64,000 bases of DNA from an uncultured Thermoplasmatales archaeon (lineage in GTDB: Archaea > Thermoplasmatota > E2 > DHVEG-1), in assembly GCA_964636235.1 (NCBI GenBank), contig CAZWQV010000001.1:13022-77021 (forward strand). Reading direction: 5' to 3'. Each line of letters begins with the position of its first letter. Positions within the stretch are counted from its first letter, which is position 1. The notes beneath the pieces were generated by a model. That model was not told the DNA's origin. It was given only the letters and a program-made list of their open reading frames with translations, and ran no database searches. Positions 51,518 to 62,280 of the stretch are shown here, piece by piece. Position numbers and translations under genes: made by a program.

Positions 51518-51657
51518 TCAGAAAATTCTTAAAATTTATTTTTTAAAAGAAAGAAAACACATCAATTAGTTGAATAACCAAAAGAATATATGGATTATAT
51601 TATAGTATACAATTGAATAATAAATATTAAATATTAATAATAAAAATATAATCATAG

Positions 51658-52896
51658 ATGCTGAGATTTTCAAATAAATACATTAGAATAGTAATCGTTA
51701 TAGCTATGCTCCTAGTAATTAATATTGCTATTATATCCTTGGTACTTTCAAATTTAATAGGATTAGAAGCCCCTGAAATAACCATGAAAATCGAAATCAG
51801 TGAAGCAACTGAAGAAAATATTATCATTGAAAGTACATTATTTATATCAAACCCTAATTCTTTTTCAGCAGAATTGAAAGATTTTAAATTAATGATAACA
51901 ACTGAATCAGGTTATGAAATTGGGACCACAGATATTCCAAATATTCTCCTCCCATCAGATGACTCAATCAATTTTAGCTCTGATACAAATTTTAAATTAA
52001 GCGGGGAAAAATTTCATATTTTAAATAGTAAAATAACTGGAAATTTACAAGTTCATCTACTTGGAATTTTTAATAAAAACCTACCTGTAAGTATACACAT
52101 AATAACCAATCCAACTACATTAATAGATGCCGTAGCCCTCCCACAAATAAATGCCAAAATCAACTCATATGATTTGACCAGCCAAGGATTGAAGATAACA
52201 GGAATATTAGACATTGTAAATGCAAATACAATCGGGTTTAAAATAAACCAAACCACTCTCTCTTTTTCAGATTCTACTGGTGATAATTACGGAACATTAA
52301 TTATAAACACAACCACAATTCCAGCCAAACAAACAATTTCTCAACCATTCACTGGCATTATATCATATGAAATTTTCAACAAAGGCACATTATTTATGAG
52401 ACTGTCAGGTAATACAAATGTCATTATTGGAGGATTTATTAAAGAACTGCCCTTTAACGTCACTACTGCGATTGCAATACCTGATTTCCAATCATTTCTT
52501 CTTTATGATCAAAATTTTAGTATTACCCTTTTTACAGATGTAGATTTCACTTATAAATCAGTAAATGCAGAAATTGGAGTGATCTATAAGAATCCCACAG
52601 AGATCCCATTCAAAGCATACAATCTTACCACCAGTATCTATAGAATTTATGAATCTGGAAAAACCTTACTTGCTAATGACTTCATATCGGAACAATCATA
52701 TCCACCTAAATCTGAAACAATCCTTACATCGAATTTCACCTTAACGTATTTAGAATTAATCCCAAATTTTTCAAAAGGACCTGCCAAATGGTTGGAAGTT
52801 TTTTTATACGTCGAATTTAGTATCGGAGAATCAAATCAAAGAATTCCAGTGACTATTAAAGGATTAATAAGCCCATCCATAATCGGTGTTGATTGA
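51658..52896 (+). CDS. Membrane-anchored protein with three LEA_2 / WHy-like repeats
   Basis: N-terminal TM helix; three about 120-aa repeats each beginning (I/L)xIExxLxISNPNxFS-like. Confidence 0.45.
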   Translation: MLRFSNKYIRIVIVIAMLLVINIAIISLVLSNLIGLEAPEITMKIEISEATEENIIIESTLFISNPNSFSAELKDFKLMITTESGYEIGTTDIPNILLPSDDSINFSSDTNFKLSGEKFHILNSKITGNLQVHLLGIFNKNLPVSIHIITNPTTLIDAVALPQINAKINSYDLTSQGLKITGILDIVNANTIGFKINQTTLSFSDSTGDNYGTLIINTTTIPAKQTISQPFTGIISYEIFNKGTLFMRLSGNTNVIIGGFIKELPFNVTTAIAIPDFQSFLLYDQNFSITLFTDVDFTYKSVNAEIGVIYKNPTEIPFKAYNLTTSIYRIYESGKTLLANDFISEQSYPPKSETILTSNFTLTYLELIPNFSKGPAKWLEVFLYVEFSIGESNQRIPVTIKGLISPSIIGVD

Positions 52897-53023
52897 AAAT
52901 CAAGACACAAAATACTTTTAATTAACTCTCCTTTTTGTTTAAACAAAACATTTGAATAGTCTGTTTTCATGAGCCCTTTCTATTTCATAGTTATTAAAAC
53001 AAAATAGTCGATGGGGGAACACA

Positions 53024-55831
53024 TTGAAAGATATCGTTATAAAAGGAGCAAGAGAACATAATCTTCAAAACATAAGTGTGCAACTTCCAAGAGATAAATT
53101 CATCGTTATCACTGGCCTTTCTGGATCAGGTAAATCAACTCTTGCTTTTGATACTATTTATGCTGAAGGACAGCGAAGATATGTTGAATCATTATCTGCA
53201 TATGCTAGGCAGTTTCTTGGCCTTATGAATAAACCAGATGTTGATAGTATCGATGGATTATCACCTGCCATATCAATAGAGCAGAAAACAACAAGTAAAA
53301 ATCCAAGAAGTACCGTTGGCACGATTACTGAGATCTATGATTATCTCAGATTACTCTTCGCTCGAGTGGGAACTCCATATTGCCCAATCCATCATGAAAA
53401 AATCGAATCACAAACAGCTGAAAATATTGCCGCAACTATTGCTGATAAGTACAAAGAAATGATCACAATACTTTCTCCTATTATTCGACAGAAAAAAGGA
53501 ACATATGAGCAACTTTTTAAAGATTTAAACCAAGAAGGATACATACGAGTACGTGTTGATAAAGCGATATATAGAACAGATGAGACTATATCATTGGATA
53601 GATACAAACAACATGATATTGAACTAGTCATTGACCGACTGAAACCAAATGATTCCACGAGATTAACAGAAGCATGTGAACATGCACTAAAAAAGTCAGA
53701 AGGATTATTGGTCGTTCTTGATTCGGAGAATAATGAACAGTTATTTTCTTCAAAAATGGCTTGTCCTATCTGCGGTCTTGCTTTTGAAGAATTACAACCA
53801 AGAATGTTTTCATTTAACAGCCCATTCGGTGCTTGTGAAACTTGTCATGGTCTTGGAATAAACATGGAATTTGACCCGGATTTAATAATTCCAGACAAAG
53901 CTAAATCAATATCAGATGGTGCAATAAGGCTATATAAAGGGATACATGATAGATGGAGAATAAAATATCTAGGTGCAGTGGCCAACCATTTTGGTTTTGA
54001 TATTTTTACTCCAATAATGGATCTTTCGGAGCAACAATTCGATGCGCTTATGTATGGATCTTCTGATAGAATTAGATTCAATCTTTCCATGAGACATGGA
54101 TCAACCAATTGGTCAGGGATAAGACAATGGGAAGGACTAATCCCACAGTCAGATCGATTATATAAACAGACTGAATCAGATTATCGAAGAAGAGACCTTG
54201 AAAAATTTATGAGAGTCTATCCTTGTCCAGTTTGTAATGGAAAAAGACTCAAACCAAAAGCATTAGCTGTAAAAATTAATGATAAGACCATTGCAGATGT
54301 AACAGATATGAGCATTAAACAATCGATTCTCTTTTTTAAATCGTTAATATTATCAAAAAAGCAGCAAGAAATCGCCTGGCAGATTTTAAAGGAGATTAAT
54401 GCCCGACTTCACTTCCTAGACAATGTTGGATTAAGTTATCTAACTCTTTCTCGTAACTCTGGAACATTATCTGGCGGAGAAGCGCAACGAATTAGACTTG
54501 CAACACAAATCGGATCTAATCTGATGGGAGTTATTTATATTCTTGATGAACCATCTATTGGACTTCATCAAAGAGACAATAAAAAATTAATTGATACCTT
54601 GCATCATCTAAGAGATATCGGAAATACCTTAATTGTTGTTGAACATGATGAAGAGACAATTAGAAACTCTGATTATATAATCGATATGGGACCAGGTGCT
54701 GGCATTCATGGTGGAAAAATTGTTGCAAAAGGAAATGTATCTGAAATTGAAAATCATCCCTCATCATTAACTGGGAAATATTTGTCAGGAAAACTTGCTA
54801 TTTCCATTCCAACAAAGAGAAGAACATCAAATAATTATATTCATCTGTATGGTTGTAAAGAGCATAATTTAAAAAATATTGATGTTGATATTCCACTAGG
54901 CGTTCTCACACTCGTTACTGGTGTATCTGGAAGTGGCAAATCTACACTGATCTATGATATTTTATATCCTGCTCTAAAAAAAGAAATCTACAAATCACGG
55001 GTTACGACAGGAGCATATGAATCTCTTGGTTATGATGATAAAATTGATAAAGTAATAGTCATCGATCAAAGTCCAATAGGTAAAACCCCTCGAAGCAATC
55101 CATCGACATATACAAAAGTGTTTGATGAAATTAGAAAACTTTTTGCCCAGACCCAAGAGGCGAAAAAACGTGGATATAAACCAGGACGTTTTTCATTCAA
55201 TGTGAAAGGAGGTAGATGTGAAGCCTGTGCAGGAGATGGTGTGATAAAAATTGAAATGAATTTTTTACCAGATATTTACGTACAATGCGAAGAGTGCAAA
55301 GGAAAAAGATATAACAAAGAAACCCTAGATGTTACATATAAAGGAAAAAATATCGCCGACGTTCTAGACATGAGTGTGGAAGAAGCGTTATCATTTTTTG
55401 AAAATATTCCATATATCAAACGAAAATTGAAGACACTTTCACAAGTGGGACTTGATTATATTAAATTAGGGCAAAGTTCAACAACTTTGTCTGGAGGAGA
55501 AGCACAACGTATTAAATTAACAAGAGAACTGTCAAAAAGGAGTACAGGAAATACCATCTATTTGTTAGATGAACCAACCACTGGTTTGCATTTTCATGAT
55601 GTCAAAAAACTCATTGAAGTATTAAATAATCTGGTAGACAAAGGTAATAGTATAATTGTCATCGAACATAATCTTGAAGTAATCAAAAATGCTGATTATA
55701 TCATTGATTTAGGTCCTGAGGGAGGAGATCTTGGCGGAAGAATTATTGCTACAGGTACTCCCGAGGAAATTGTTAAACGAAAAAACAGTTATACTGGTGA
55801 GGTATTAAAACCAGTATTAAGCTCAAAATAA
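53024..55831 (+). CDS. uvrA: Excinuclease ABC subunit A
   Basis: 935 aa; two ABC ATPase modules ([18 protein letters not shown]), zinc-finger CxxC pairs, LSGGEAQRI signatures. Confidence 0.93.
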   Translation: MKDIVIKGAREHNLQNISVQLPRDKFIVITGLSGSGKSTLAFDTIYAEGQRRYVESLSAYARQFLGLMNKPDVDSIDGLSPAISIEQKTTSKNPRSTVGTITEIYDYLRLLFARVGTPYCPIHHEKIESQTAENIAATIADKYKEMITILSPIIRQKKGTYEQLFKDLNQEGYIRVRVDKAIYRTDETISLDRYKQHDIELVIDRLKPNDSTRLTEACEHALKKSEGLLVVLDSENNEQLFSSKMACPICGLAFEELQPRMFSFNSPFGACETCHGLGINMEFDPDLIIPDKAKSISDGAIRLYKGIHDRWRIKYLGAVANHFGFDIFTPIMDLSEQQFDALMYGSSDRIRFNLSMRHGSTNWSGIRQWEGLIPQSDRLYKQTESDYRRRDLEKFMRVYPCPVCNGKRLKPKALAVKINDKTIADVTDMSIKQSILFFKSLILSKKQQEIAWQILKEINARLHFLDNVGLSYLTLSRNSGTLSGGEAQRIRLATQIGSNLMGVIYILDEPSIGLHQRDNKKLIDTLHHLRDIGNTLIVVEHDEETIRNSDYIIDMGPGAGIHGGKIVAKGNVSEIENHPSSLTGKYLSGKLAISIPTKRRTSNNYIHLYGCKEHNLKNIDVDIPLGVLTLVTGVSGSGKSTLIYDILYPALKKEIYKSRVTTGAYESLGYDDKIDKVIVIDQSPIGKTPRSNPSTYTKVFDEIRKLFAQTQEAKKRGYKPGRFSFNVKGGRCEACAGDGVIKIEMNFLPDIYVQCEECKGKRYNKETLDVTYKGKNIADVLDMSVEEALSFFENIPYIKRKLKTLSQVGLDYIKLGQSSTTLSGGEAQRIKLTRELSKRSTGNTIYLLDEPTTGLHFHDVKKLIEVLNNLVDKGNSIIVIEHNLEVIKNADYIIDLGPEGGDLGGRIIATGTPEEIVKRKNSYTGEVLKPVLSSK

Positions 55832-55840
55832 TTGTCATAT

Positions 55841-57391
55841 ATGTTTCATACCGATCATATCCCAAATAAACCAGGCTGCTATCTGTTTAAAAATTCGAAA
55901 GGTATTATTTTATATGTTGGGAAAGCAAAAAACCTAAAGAAACGATTAAATAGTTACCAACAAAAAAAGAATCATGATAGTAAAACAATTTCTCTTTTAC
56001 AACAGGTTACTACTGTTGATTTTATTATTACAGATAATGAAGTTGAAGCATTAGTTTTAGAAAACACACTCATTAAAAAACATCAACCAAAATACAATAT
56101 CCGATTAAAAGACTCAAAAGGATTTTCATATATAAAAATAACAGATGAACCATTTCCAAGAGTCATTATTGCAAGGCAAAAACAAGGTAAAGGAACATTT
56201 ATTGGCCCATTTGTTTCCGCTGCAGAAAGAGATTACATCCTCCAATTTATTCAAAAAACATTTCAACTGAGAACCTGTAATAAACTGCCAAAAAAACAAT
56301 GCCTTCGCTATCATATACATTTATGCAAAGCACCATGCATCAATAACATATCGCAAGATGATTATCTAAAGCTTATTACGCATGTGAAACATATTTTGAC
56401 CGGGCACATCAGTAAAGCAATCACATCTCTTGAATCAGAAATGAAAATGTTTGCAGATAATCAACAATTTGAACAAGCTCTTGAGAGAAGAAATCAGATT
56501 CAAGCATTAAAGCATCTTCAAGAAAAACAGAAAATGGAACGAGAAAAAAGATTCAACGAAGATATTATTAATTATCTCATTGAAGATGATTCCATGTACA
56601 TTATGATGTTTAATATTTACAAGGGAACATTAACCAATAAACAAGAATTCATGTTTGAATCATCTGAAGATGCATTTGAGCAATTTTTAATTCAGTATTA
56701 TACAGAAAATCCAATCCCTAAACAGATAATTATACCAAAAAAGATATCCTCTGCGTTTGACACCTATTTTTCTCAAATTAAAAAAAGCAAAGTACAATGT
56801 ATTGTCCCTCAGAAAGGGGAAAAAAAACAATTACTTTCTCTTATTGAAAAAAATATTGAAATTACATTTTTTGCTTCCACTAAAAAAATTTCATTACTTC
56901 AACAGAAATTACGTCTTCATGAAAAACCAACCGTTATCGAATGTTTTGATATCTCGCATCTATCAGGTACAAGCATGGTTGGATCGATGGTTCAGTTCCG
57001 AAATGGAAAACCAGACAAAACCAATTACAGAAGATTTCGAATTCGAAGTGTAAAAGGAATTGATGATGTTTCAGCTATTGGAGAAGTTGTCCGCCGCAGA
57101 TATAAAAGACTAAAAGAAGAGCGGCAGTTGTATCCAAATTTAATCATCATTGATGGTGGAAAGGGTCAGCTTAATAGAGCAATAAATGAACTTGATGAAT
57201 TAGGTGTTATCATCCCTATTATTAGTATCGCAAAGAAATTTGAAGAGATCTATATTCCGGGTCAATTACATCCCATACGTTTAAATAAAAAAGATAAAGC
57301 ATTACAATTTCTTCAAGAAATACGGGACGAAGCACATCGATTTGCCATTTCATATAATAGACTGCTTAGAAAAAAGGAGATGATCTCATAA
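55841..57391 (+). CDS. uvrC: Excinuclease ABC subunit C
   Basis: GIY-YIG N-terminus (PGCYLF ... LYVGKAKNL), UvrBC-interaction and RNase-H-like endonuclease domains; ATG at 55841 preferred over TTG at 55832. Confidence 0.9.
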   Translation: MFHTDHIPNKPGCYLFKNSKGIILYVGKAKNLKKRLNSYQQKKNHDSKTISLLQQVTTVDFIITDNEVEALVLENTLIKKHQPKYNIRLKDSKGFSYIKITDEPFPRVIIARQKQGKGTFIGPFVSAAERDYILQFIQKTFQLRTCNKLPKKQCLRYHIHLCKAPCINNISQDDYLKLITHVKHILTGHISKAITSLESEMKMFADNQQFEQALERRNQIQALKHLQEKQKMEREKRFNEDIINYLIEDDSMYIMMFNIYKGTLTNKQEFMFESSEDAFEQFLIQYYTENPIPKQIIIPKKISSAFDTYFSQIKKSKVQCIVPQKGEKKQLLSLIEKNIEITFFASTKKISLLQQKLRLHEKPTVIECFDISHLSGTSMVGSMVQFRNGKPDKTNYRRFRIRSVKGIDDVSAIGEVVRRRYKRLKEERQLYPNLIIIDGGKGQLNRAINELDELGVIIPIISIAKKFEEIYIPGQLHPIRLNKKDKALQFLQEIRDEAHRFAISYNRLLRKKEMIS

Positions 57392-59322
57392 CAGAATTTG
57401 AATTCACATCACCATTTCAGCCAAAAGGATCACAACCAGAGGCTATAAAAAAACTATCAAAAGGGATACAAAATAATTTTGATAAGCAAACCTTATTGGG
57501 AGTTACAGGGAGCGGAAAAACATATACCATGGCTAAAGTAATTCATGAGGCACAAAGACCAACTATTGTCATCGCCCATAACAAGACGTTGGCTATTCAA
57601 CTCTATAATGAATTCAAGGAGTTTTTCCCTCACAATCGTGTTGAATATTTTGTATCATATTATGATTATTATCAACCGGAATCATATATTCCTTCGAAAG
57701 ATCTTTATATTGAAAAAGATGCAGATATTAACCCAAAAATTGAACAAATGAGACTTTCAGCAACGGCATCTCTTTTATCTAGAAGAGATGTCATTGTCGT
57801 TGCCTCCGTATCTGCTATTTATAGTGTAGGCGATCCAACTGATTTTTCAAGAATGCGATTTGAATTTCAAAAAAACAGTCCCATCTCACGAGAAGAAATC
57901 ATTAATCAATTGGTCTTAATGCAGTATGAACGAAACGATTTTGATTTACAACAAGGTCGATTTAGAGTTAAGGGAGATGTTATTGATATCATACCAGGGT
58001 ATTATGATAATATTATTCGCATTGAATTATTTGGTGATGAAATTGAGCGGATTATAGAACTTGATAAAATAACAGCAAAGGTATTAGATGAATTTTCATA
58101 TCTTTATTTATTTCCCGCAAAACATTTTGTGATACCGGAGGAAAAAAAAGACAAAGCAATTGAGTCAATTAAACAAGAACTTGATGATACATTAACAAAT
58201 CTTGATATGATAGAAGCGCATCGATTAAAACAACGAACTCTTTATGATATCGAGATGATTGAAGAAACTGGTTTTTGTAAAGGAATTGAAAACTACTCTC
58301 GCCATTTTGATGGAAGAAAACCCGGTGATCGACCATATTGTTTACTTGATTATTTTCCTTCAGACTTTTTAATGTTTATTGACGAAAGTCATAGGACGAT
58401 TCCGCAGATTCATGCCATGCAACATGGTGACTATTCACGTAAGAAATCTCTAATTGAATATGGGTTTCGATTACCCAGTGCATTTGACAATAGACCTTTG
58501 ACGTTTGCTGAGTTTACTCAGTTCATGAATCATGTAATTTTTGTTTCCGCAACACCGGGAGACTATGAAATGCAGATTTCAAAACAGATAGTAGAGCAAA
58601 TCATTAGGCCCACGGGTCTTGTTGATCCTGAAGTTGATGTGCGCCCAATTGAGGGTCAAATAAAGGATTTAATCGATGAAATAAATAGAACCATCAAAAA
58701 TGGTCATCGTGTGATTGTAACAACGCTAACAAAGAAACTAGCTGAAGAATTATCAGAGTATTTATCAGAACAAGGAATTAAAACTCGGTACTTACATGCA
58801 GAAATTGACACACTTGAACGGACAGAAATAATTCGTGAACTTCGACTAGGTGAATTTGATGTATTAGTTGGCATTAATTTACTACGTGAAGGTTTGGATA
58901 TCCCTGAAATAGGATTTATTGGAATTCTTGATGCTGATAAAGAAGGGTTTTTACGTGATCAACGCAGTCTCATCCAGATTATTGGAAGAGCTGCAAGGAA
59001 CGCTGATGCAAAAGTTGTACTTTATGCTGATACGGTTACCGAGTCCATGCAAAAAGCATTGGATGAGACCATGCGGAGAAGAAATATGCAGATTGCATAT
59101 AATAAAAAACATAATATCATACCGCAAACCATTATTAAACCAATAAAGGAAAGAAAAATAGAAATTAAAGATACAAAACATATTCCACGATCAACCATTC
59201 CGGATATGATTAGAAAACTCGAAAGTGACATGAAGAAAGCATCAGATAGCCTAGATTTTGAACGTGCGATATTTTTAAGAGATAAAATAAAACAATTACG
59301 ATTGCGTTTATCAACAAAATAA
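57388..59322 (+). CDS. uvrB: Excinuclease ABC subunit B
   Basis: Helicase motifs (GVTGSGKT, DESH) and C-terminal UvrB/UvrC interaction helix; conserved N-terminus (FTSPFQPKGSQPEAI) lies upstream of the first ATG/TTG (57496) in an open frame bounded by TAG 57367-57369, so the start codon is non-canonical or unresolved. Confidence 0.88.
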   Translation: MTEFEFTSPFQPKGSQPEAIKKLSKGIQNNFDKQTLLGVTGSGKTYTMAKVIHEAQRPTIVIAHNKTLAIQLYNEFKEFFPHNRVEYFVSYYDYYQPESYIPSKDLYIEKDADINPKIEQMRLSATASLLSRRDVIVVASVSAIYSVGDPTDFSRMRFEFQKNSPISREEIINQLVLMQYERNDFDLQQGRFRVKGDVIDIIPGYYDNIIRIELFGDEIERIIELDKITAKVLDEFSYLYLFPAKHFVIPEEKKDKAIESIKQELDDTLTNLDMIEAHRLKQRTLYDIEMIEETGFCKGIENYSRHFDGRKPGDRPYCLLDYFPSDFLMFIDESHRTIPQIHAMQHGDYSRKKSLIEYGFRLPSAFDNRPLTFAEFTQFMNHVIFVSATPGDYEMQISKQIVEQIIRPTGLVDPEVDVRPIEGQIKDLIDEINRTIKNGHRVIVTTLTKKLAEELSEYLSEQGIKTRYLHAEIDTLERTEIIRELRLGEFDVLVGINLLREGLDIPEIGFIGILDADKEGFLRDQRSLIQIIGRAARNADAKVVLYADTVTESMQKALDETMRRRNMQIAYNKKHNIIPQTIIKPIKERKIEIKDTKHIPRSTIPDMIRKLESDMKKASDSLDFERAIFLRDKIKQLRLRLSTK

Positions 59323-59327
59323 TATTA

Positions 59328-60140
59328 TTATTTATCTACGAAGTAATAATTCATTTCATGTTGAATGATAGTATCTTTAATCATTTTTCCAAGTATTTTC
59401 TCTAGCCTATCTGTTTCTATTTGCAGTGTTGATTGTAATTCTTCAAAGGTTTTATTCTTTTTTAATAGCAATAGAAGAATTTTTCCTCTTATCTGTCTAT
59501 CCGATCCATCAAATGTCGATTGGGTTGTTTTTGGTTTTATTCCTGTACTCTGAGCCGTTAATACAAGAGAGCCGTAATCCATCAATGCATTATGCCACAT
59601 TCTACTTTGTCCCTCGGGAAGACATCGCTGGGCAATCATATATAATTCTTTTTCAGATGTTGATTCATCTAAATTAAATTCATGAATAAAGATTCTTCTT
59701 ATATTTGTATCAACGGTAGGAATATTCTCATTTCCTGCAAAAATACGAACCGCTTTAGAAGTATAATTTCCTATTCCGGGTAGTTCCTCATAAAATTCCA
59801 TTGCTTTAAGCACATTACCATTGAATTTATGGACTATTTTTTTAACAGATTCGTGCAAGTACTTTGCTCTTCTATTATAACCTAATCCAACCCAATTAGA
59901 TAATACATCATAAAATGATGCATCAGATAAATCTTCTATAGTAGGCCACTTTTTGATCCATTTATTGTAATAATCAATTACTCTATTTACTTGTGTCTGT
60001 TGTAACATAAATTCAGATATGAGAATTTTATAAGGATCTTTTGTATTTCTCCAAGGTAATTCTCTCTTATTATTTTGATAAAAAGTAAGAATTATTTGTT
60101 GAAATGATTCTATATCTTTTGTACTAATATCAATATTCAA
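59328..60140 (-). CDS. MutY-like HhH-GPD DNA glycosylase lacking the 4Fe-4S cysteine loop, with a short C-terminal extension
   Basis: MutY-like N-terminus (ELPWR ... DPYKILISEFMLQQTQV ... GLGYNRRA), HhH LPGIGNYTSKAV, catalytic Asp in VDTNIRRI; no Cys after the HhH-GPD core. Confidence 0.65.
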   Translation of the reverse strand: MNIDISTKDIESFQQIILTFYQNNKRELPWRNTKDPYKILISEFMLQQTQVNRVIDYYNKWIKKWPTIEDLSDASFYDVLSNWVGLGYNRRAKYLHESVKKIVHKFNGNVLKAMEFYEELPGIGNYTSKAVRIFAGNENIPTVDTNIRRIFIHEFNLDESTSEKELYMIAQRCLPEGQSRMWHNALMDYGSLVLTAQSTGIKPKTTQSTFDGSDRQIRGKILLLLLKKNKTFEELQSTLQIETDRLEKILGKMIKDTIIQHEMNYYFVDK

Positions 60141-60333
60141 TCTTTCTCACCAGATTATTTCTATTTGTATTATCAATTGAAAATATTTAATCTTCTATTT
60201 AAAATTAAATAAATATTTAAATTAATACAAAATTGATTTTTTATTTTGAAATATATTTTATTTTATTATGACAATCTATTTATATTAATGAAAATAACTT
60301 ATTGTTAGAGAAAACCAAACATGGAGTTAAAAC

Positions 60334-60627
60334 ATGGGGGAACCTACAGACGTAACATTGAAACAAGCAACATATGAATTGCTTCAAACCAGTATTTTTA
60401 AAAATATTTCAAGGAGAACTAATAATAGATTTGCAGAAAAGCTTGCTATTTGGTTGGTTCGTTATATATTAATCATCTCATCCATGAATGAATCGTTACA
60501 TATTAATCTTGAACAGATTTTATTAAATCTTCATGGAGACAGGTTAAAAAAAATTGTTAACATCACAACCAAATCAGTTGAGACAGTTTCAAATGATTCT
60601 GAAAAATATGATAGTTATATATGGTAA
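60334..60627 (+). CDS. Hypothetical small protein
   Basis: 97-aa ORF with no recognisable motifs. Confidence 0.2.
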   Translation: MGEPTDVTLKQATYELLQTSIFKNISRRTNNRFAEKLAIWLVRYILIISSMNESLHINLEQILLNLHGDRLKKIVNITTKSVETVSNDSEKYDSYIW

Positions 60628-60686
60628 AAAAACAAAAAAAGGGAGTAGTTATTTCTCCCATTGTATTAATTTTTTTGAAATCTTAT

Positions 60687-61250
60687 TTATTTGAAATTCC
60701 AATTGTCTTTCCAATATTGATGAAGTTCATCTAATGTTTTGTCAAGAGTTATTGTATCTTTGACATCCCAGAAATAGTTGGTTGGCATTGGAAATATAGT
60801 GTTTGATGGGAAATTCCAAGTTTCTGCAAGGTATGGGTCGATAAAGCAGCAATAATGTTTGTATGTTCCATCTGTTTCTACCCAACCATAAAAAGTTCCA
60901 ACTCTTGAGTGGTTTTTATCATAAATTGGTTTGTCAATAAGCTCATCAGTTGGACAAGAGGTATTTCCGCATGGAACTGCTTTATTCCAGTATCTTCCTA
61001 GTTGCTCTATTGTTTTATTTAAGGTGACATGATCATGGCATTCTTTTATATAATCGCTATAAATTGGATAGAGCTTGTGTGTTCCTCTGAACCATGTGTC
61101 ACGAGTGTTTTCATTTGGTCGAATACCAAAGAAATATCCTGGAAATTCATTGTTCCAGCTTTTCCAATATTTATCTACTTTTCCAATGGTGTTTCCATTT
61201 GAATCATAAACTTCTTTACCTACTAGATATTGTGGATTATCTATTTTCAT
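60687..61250 (-). CDS. Hypothetical protein with internal tandem duplication (PRC-barrel-like halves)
   Basis: Repeat LVGKEVYDSNGNTIGKVDKYW // LIDKPIYDKNHSRVGTFYGW and DHVTLNKTIEQLGRYW // DTITLDKTLDELHQYW; several Cys. Confidence 0.35.
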   Translation of the reverse strand: MKIDNPQYLVGKEVYDSNGNTIGKVDKYWKSWNNEFPGYFFGIRPNENTRDTWFRGTHKLYPIYSDYIKECHDHVTLNKTIEQLGRYWNKAVPCGNTSCPTDELIDKPIYDKNHSRVGTFYGWVETDGTYKHYCCFIDPYLAETWNFPSNTIFPMPTNYFWDVKDTITLDKTLDELHQYWKDNWNFK

Positions 61251-61403
61251 TTACCATCTCTCCTAGTCAAATATGGCATTGCATCTTTGACACCTTATAT
61301 AAATCATTCTATTTTTTTAACCGAATTGTTAATATATTTATTAAAATAAGTTATTTATTAATTATAAAAATAAATTATTGTATTATTTTTTATAATAATA
61401 TTT

Positions 61404-61754
61404 TTATTCTTCTAATTTTGCAAGGGTTTTTTTTATTGCCATATACCATTGTTCAAGACAACGTTCTGCATGTTTTTTTATCGTTTTATTATCCAAACAT
61501 GTATAGACATGATAATAGCCGCCTTGTGCGAGGTTTCTAGTTATTTTGTCACACATTCCACAATTCGCTAATTTTTGTAATGATCGATAAACCGTGCTTC
61601 TTTCTTTATCAAGTTTTTTTGCTAATTCATCTGCTCTAAGCTCTCCAGATTTTTTGAGCAATTTATATACTTCAATATCTAAGTTATTCAGATTAAAGAC
61701 ACATTTTACTGCATCATCGCATTGAAGGTTTTTGGTATCATCCAAAACTCTCAT
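61404..61754 (-). CDS. Small winged-helix (TrmB/MarR-like) transcriptional regulator
   Basis: 116 aa; HTH region LRADELAKKLDKERSTVYRSLQKL; divergent from trxA. Confidence 0.5.
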   Translation of the reverse strand: MRVLDDTKNLQCDDAVKCVFNLNNLDIEVYKLLKKSGELRADELAKKLDKERSTVYRSLQKLANCGMCDKITRNLAQGGYYHVYTCLDNKTIKKHAERCLEQWYMAIKKTLAKLEE

Positions 61755-61843
61755 CTAAAACAACATATTCAATTTCAAATATATAATGGTTGTGTTAAAT
61801 TAATGCACAAACGTTATATAGTACTTAAAACATACAATAAATA

Positions 61844-62254
61844 ATGACAGACGAGTTAGCAGCAATTAAAAGAAAAAAACTCGAAGAATTAAAAAAGAGA
61901 TATTTAACTGGAGGAAATGACATGGAAAATATGCCAAATACACCACTAGATGTTAAAGATGCGAATTTTAATGATTACATTAGCAAATATGATACAATTG
62001 TTATTGATTGTTGGGCTCCCTGGTGTGGACCTTGCAGGATGATCGCACCAGTTATTGAGGATCTGGCAAAAGAAATGCAAGGAAAAATCGTTTTTGGAAA
62101 ATTAAATGTTGATGAAAACCAATCGACATCAACACAATATGGGATAATGAGTATTCCTTCATTACTTGTATTTAAAAACGGAAAACTGGTTGACAAGATT
62201 GTCGGTGCAATGCCCAAACCGATGCTTAAAACAAAACTTGAATCATATATGTAG
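61844..62254 (+). CDS. trxA: Thioredoxin
   Basis: WAPWCGPC active site; 136 aa. Confidence 0.88.
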   Translation: MTDELAAIKRKKLEELKKRYLTGGNDMENMPNTPLDVKDANFNDYISKYDTIVIDCWAPWCGPCRMIAPVIEDLAKEMQGKIVFGKLNVDENQSTSTQYGIMSIPSLLVFKNGKLVDKIVGAMPKPMLKTKLESYM

Positions 62255-62280
62255 TTACTTATATGGAGTTTGACCCTTAA

